Assembly: GCA_030704615.1 (NCBI GenBank)
Contig: CM060733.1
Span: 1,116,001 to 1,180,000, forward strand
Source of the DNA: Takakia lepidozioides
Taxonomy: Eukaryota; Plantae; Bryophyta
Direction of reading: 5' to 3'
DNA: 64,000 nucleotides
Notes under the pieces: model-generated
Database searches by the model: none
What the model was told of the DNA's origin: nothing
Seen by the model: only the letters and a program-made list of their open reading frames with translations
Made by a program: the position numbers and the translations under genes
Shown here: positions 60,222-64,000 of the stretch, one piece after another
Layout of the letters: the number at the start of each line of letters is the position of its first letter
Numbering within the stretch: the stretch's first letter is position 1

Positions 60222-61464
60222 TCTCCCGCAACCGTCAGCGCAAAACCAAAACTTGTGGTTCTTTGCTTCTCCTTGGCCGTAAGGGATAAACAAACCAGTG
60301 AATGTAGTAGCTGCATTGCGTTCTTTCCCTTTGGATATTAATGATGTACATTTTTCATGATTGGTGGCCCTGATCGCCGCGCATTTCACACGTGATCCAG
60401 CACTTGTGCGTTCTATATGCCAAACCTCGTCCAAGCACATGGACTCTATTACATGTCGCACCACGTTCTGGTCTTCAACCATTGCAGTGACAGTGCTTGA
60501 TGCAGGGGTCCAGTCTGGGGCAGAATGGCCCTCACCTGTGGATGTTCCGCAATTCCATCTCTGATCCAAAGGAACACGTGGCGTCGAGAAGTTGACCCTG
60601 TCCGCCCTATGGGAGTCTGCATCCGATCCGGGAGGGGTATCCAGTTTCCGTTTGCAAGACCCGAATCTCTCTTCGCCTTCCAGATGGGGAACTCTTCCCA
60701 CGAGAGGGGTGCCTTCTACACATATGCTCACTGCCCGCGCTATTTTGTTGGGATCCCCCGATCTTCTGGCTGCCCGCAACATCAACTCGCTCCTGTCCGG
60801 GCCTTTGCCTCCAAGGCCGCAAAGCACGGATAATGTCGTTGGCCGTAGCCGCATACAAATCTCTTCCCTTTTTGCCGGATTGCTGCAACCAGGCATTGTG
60901 CACTGTCTCCGCTAGATTGCAAGACAGCATGTCTACCATCTCCTCAATGGAAATATGCTGCAAGGCAAAAAAACACAAAGCCGATATTAGAATGGGATCC
61001 GAAGCACCCAAAGGAAGGTGAATGCAAACCGCTCACCGTTGTCATGGCCGCTCCCCACTGTCGGTAACGGAAGTGCCAAAATGCGAACCAGTCTTCCAAT
61101 GCCCTCATGATGTCCTCCGATGCCACTCCAGATGAGTACCACCAGACACGAATTGTCTGGAACAATGTATTCACTTCCCCCATAGTTTTGGCGTTTTTAT
61201 ACTGTTTGCACAGTTGACGATGCACACTCTGCATATCTGGCTTGATGTCTGCCTTTGTGTGTTTATCCAGGGATTGTGTCCAATGGAAAAGACACGTACG
61301 TTCTCTTCCAGGCATTGGCACTTTTGGATCTCCCGTCCCGAATACAATGCGGACAGCGTTGAAATTAGCTTGAGCACTGTCGGACATGAAACCAACAAAA
61401 TTGGGAGATGGGAGTCCATTGGAGGCCATAACAGGAATGAGAGCTTCCCACATCAGCTACTGTG
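60218..61464 (-). pseudogene. MULE-type DDE transposase, central part (inverted segment; one intron at about 61036-60959; frameshifted)
   Basis: FMSDSAQANFNAV...CLFHWTQ (D...CxxH) and NLAETVHNAW (catalytic E), followed by KFWFCADGCGRC. Confidence 0.7.
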
Positions 61465-62737
61465 AATCTGTGTCCTCTGACTATACAGTGAGGCCCTCCG
61501 TGGTGAGGAAGCCTACTCCACCAACCGTGTGGCCTGTGAAGATGGGCACAGGTCTCACTCACCAAGAGATCGCAATGCTGGAAGAGGCGGGTTTCTCCCT
61601 AGCCAGACATTCCATTACACGCGAAGGTGCTTCAAGTACAAGCGGTTCACGGGTACCTCCGCCTGACGCTCACTTGTGGCCAACCAGACGGAATGGGAAG
61701 TTGGTTCGACGATTCCCTCCAACCGCAGAACACTATGGCAAAATCGAGTCCGCGAGAATGCTTCACGCTCGTGTTTCGGGAACAATGGAAGTGCCTGATC
61801 CAGGGTATGGTCGGGTCTTCACCATGATCTCATCCGCATCTGCGCTGCAGGACAAGACGTACGACATCACTGTTTCCAATTTTCCTAATTGTACCTGTCC
61901 TGATTTTGTTGGTATGCTTTCAAGTAGTTTGGAAAGAGAGGGAAGTTCATACCGTGCAAACACCTTTACTTCGTCTTCTTGAGAAGGATGGTTTGTGATC
62001 CAAAGCAGGACTTCTTCATTCACCAAGCCACTATGAGTTTCAACGAAGTCAACACACTTCTACAACGGGATACAAGCCCATAGAAAGCATTCACTTGACA
62101 CTCTGAAATCTGTGTTTTCCTTGACTACAACTTGTAATGGAATGACTGTTCAAGTCCAGTGTCTCTCAATGTATGTCGTCTAACATCTTTGCTATGCGTG
62201 GGTCAATGCATTTGTCGCATTGGTCTGTCATTCTGTTTTCATTAGCAAACACAAGAAACTACCTTCAGATAGACAAATGATCAAATCAACCTCGTGTTAA
62301 CACGAGGTTTACTTGGAGTTTTCCAAATCCCCCTTGTGCCGACACAAGGTTGATTTTAGTTCTTCGAATCAACCTCGTGTTGACACGATGTTCATATGAA
62401 GTTCTCCGAATCAACCTCATGTTGACACGATGTTGATTTTAGTTCCAGGAAAACAACCTCGTGTTAACACAACGTTCATTTCAGTTTTAGGAAATGAAGC
62501 TCCTGTTAACAGAAGATTGAACTCCAGGAAAACCCAAAACCCTTCATCCGTTTCACCTTCATGTGGTGATATCAACAGTTGGGGGCCCCACGGTTATAGG
62601 CCCACCTTCTTTGTGGTGACGTGGCATGACCTGGACCAGGCTCACGCCACGTCAGCTGCGTGAGCGTAGGCTCACGCCACGTCATCGTTGTGTGAGCGTA
62701 CGCTCACACGCTCACGCGCCAGGCTCACGCGGTAGCG
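61461..62737 (+). mobile_element. C-terminal SWIM zinc-finger part and right end of the same MULE-like DNA transposon
   Basis: VWPVKMGT...YDITVSNFPNCTCPDF, frameshift, then FIPCKHLYF (SWIM), stop at 62083. Followed by subterminal palindromic repeats and a terminus that abuts a gypsy chromodomain. Confidence 0.68.
62286..62480. repeat. Five tandem units of about 42 bp, each carrying a 22-bp palindrome
   Basis: aacctcgtgttaacacgaggtt at 62288-62309, with variants at about 62330, 62371, 62413 and 62455. Confidence 0.85.
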
Positions 62738-64000
62738 TCATTGCCTCGGATACGTTTCCCATTTCTGAGGCACGCACCCAAGATGCCTCCACATGATGAT
62801 AGCCCTTCCATTTCACGAGATACTCCGTTTCTCGATTCTTGAACCTCCTCAATTTAAACACTGCCTCCACCTCGTACTCAGGTTCATTTTCATGATCCAA
62901 TAGCATAGGTAGCGGACGCAACACTTGATGTCGATTCGGACATGCTTCATCCTTGAAGTAAGGCTTCAAAAGGGAGACGTGGAATACCGGATGTACCTTG
63001 CTGTTTGCCGGCAGCTCCAATTCATACACAATCTCATTCATAACCTTCCGGATGCGAAAGGGTCCCTCATACGGAGGTACGAACTTCGGACTCACTTCCG
63101 GAGGTAGTCGGAAATTCTTGATGTTCAACCAGACCTTCGTGCCTGCCTCAAACTTAACTTCCCTCCGCTTCCGATTCGTCTACCATTCATACCGTTTCCT
63201 AGCTTTGGCAATGTTGTACTTTGCGAGCTTCAACAAACGCTCACGTTCTTCCAGCACCGCTGCTGCTGCCGGTTCCTCAACGTCTTGGGCGGCCCAACTT
63301 GTCGGCACCAGAGGTGCTTTTCCATAGACCAATACGAAAGGGGAAACTCCCGTTGCGGAGTGTTTTGTGTTATTATAACAGAACTCTGTTGCATCCAAGT
63401 GCTCCACCCAGTCCGATTGGTCTGCCGACACGTAATTCCGCAAGATCTGCTTTACCATGGAATTTACCCTTTCCGTTTGGCCGTCCGTCGTAGGTCGGAA
63501 GGCCGTGCTCATCTTGAGCCTCGTCCCCATGTTCTTCCAAAGTACCCTCCAAAACTTACTTGTAAACCGTGGATCGCGGTCCGAGACAATATCATTTCGG
63601 GAGTCCATGATGCTTGAAGACATGGGCGAAGTAAAGTCGCCCCGTCTCCTGTGCCGTTGTCGTCTCCTTGGTGGGGATGAAATGGCCCATTTTACTGAAC
63701 CTATCCACCACCACCATGATCGCATCGAATCATTTTGACAACGGCATAACAGTCATGAAATCCATCGAGACATTTTCCCAGGACCCTTATGGAATCAGCA
63801 AGGGTTGTAACAGTCCCGCTTGCTTTTTGTACTCGCTCCGATTTTGTTGGCATGTGGTGCATGTCTTGACATACTCCTCGGCCTCCTCCCTCAGTTTGGG
63901 CCAGAAATACTCTTTTTCCAAGAGTGCCGCGGTGTGCTTGGCTCCGCCGTGGCCCGCAAGCGGTCCATCATGGCATTCTCTCAGGAGACTATCTCTGATC
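62738..64000 (-). mobile_element. Ty3/gypsy chromovirus pol 3' part (integrase + chromodomain), degenerate, continues beyond the right edge
   Basis: HDGPLAGH...CTTC zinc-binding region, [55 protein letters not shown]...EYLVKWKGY...SW. Contains stops and frameshifts. Confidence 0.9.

Noticed and set aside
62286-62480. CRISPR-like array (palindromic repeat with about 19-bp spacers)
   Set aside because: The spacers resemble one another, the repeats are degenerate, the context is a eukaryotic TE and there are no cas genes. It is a tandem repeat.

Overview
Eukaryotic nuclear DNA, intron-rich and TE-rich. It most likely comes from a flagellate-sperm streptophyte (bryophyte, lycophyte, fern or charophyte), inferred from an axonemal dynein next to a plant NUDT23-type gene with a transit peptide and iMet-primed LTR elements. 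Positions 3.2-44.7 kb hold 41 in-frame exons (about 3,776 codons) of a single-headed inner-arm dynein heavy chain on the minus strand, which runs off the left edge. Its introns carry two non-LTR retrotransposon families, a partner tRNA-derived SINE, a degenerate Ty3/gypsy relic, a complete 354-bp TRIM whose LTRs each contain a tRNA cloverleaf, and several unexplained structured inserts. Family A ends in a stem-loop plus (CATTT)n tail. Family B is tail-less, very young, and has clear target-site duplications (TSDs). To the right lie a NUDT23-like Nudix hydrolase, a small ORF resembling fungal hypothetical proteins with an in-frame TAG, an MDR-family oxidoreductase, and a rearranged nest of Ty3/gypsy and MULE-SWIM transposon pieces. 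The top leads are the tRNA-LTR TRIM, family-B LINEs inserting at TCT-starting targets (one 15-bp site hit twice), the apparent DNAH6-type tail on a DNAH3/7/12-type motor, the small fungal-like gene, and a 265-bp highly structured intronic insert. All family assignments come from motif recognition by eye; no searches were run.
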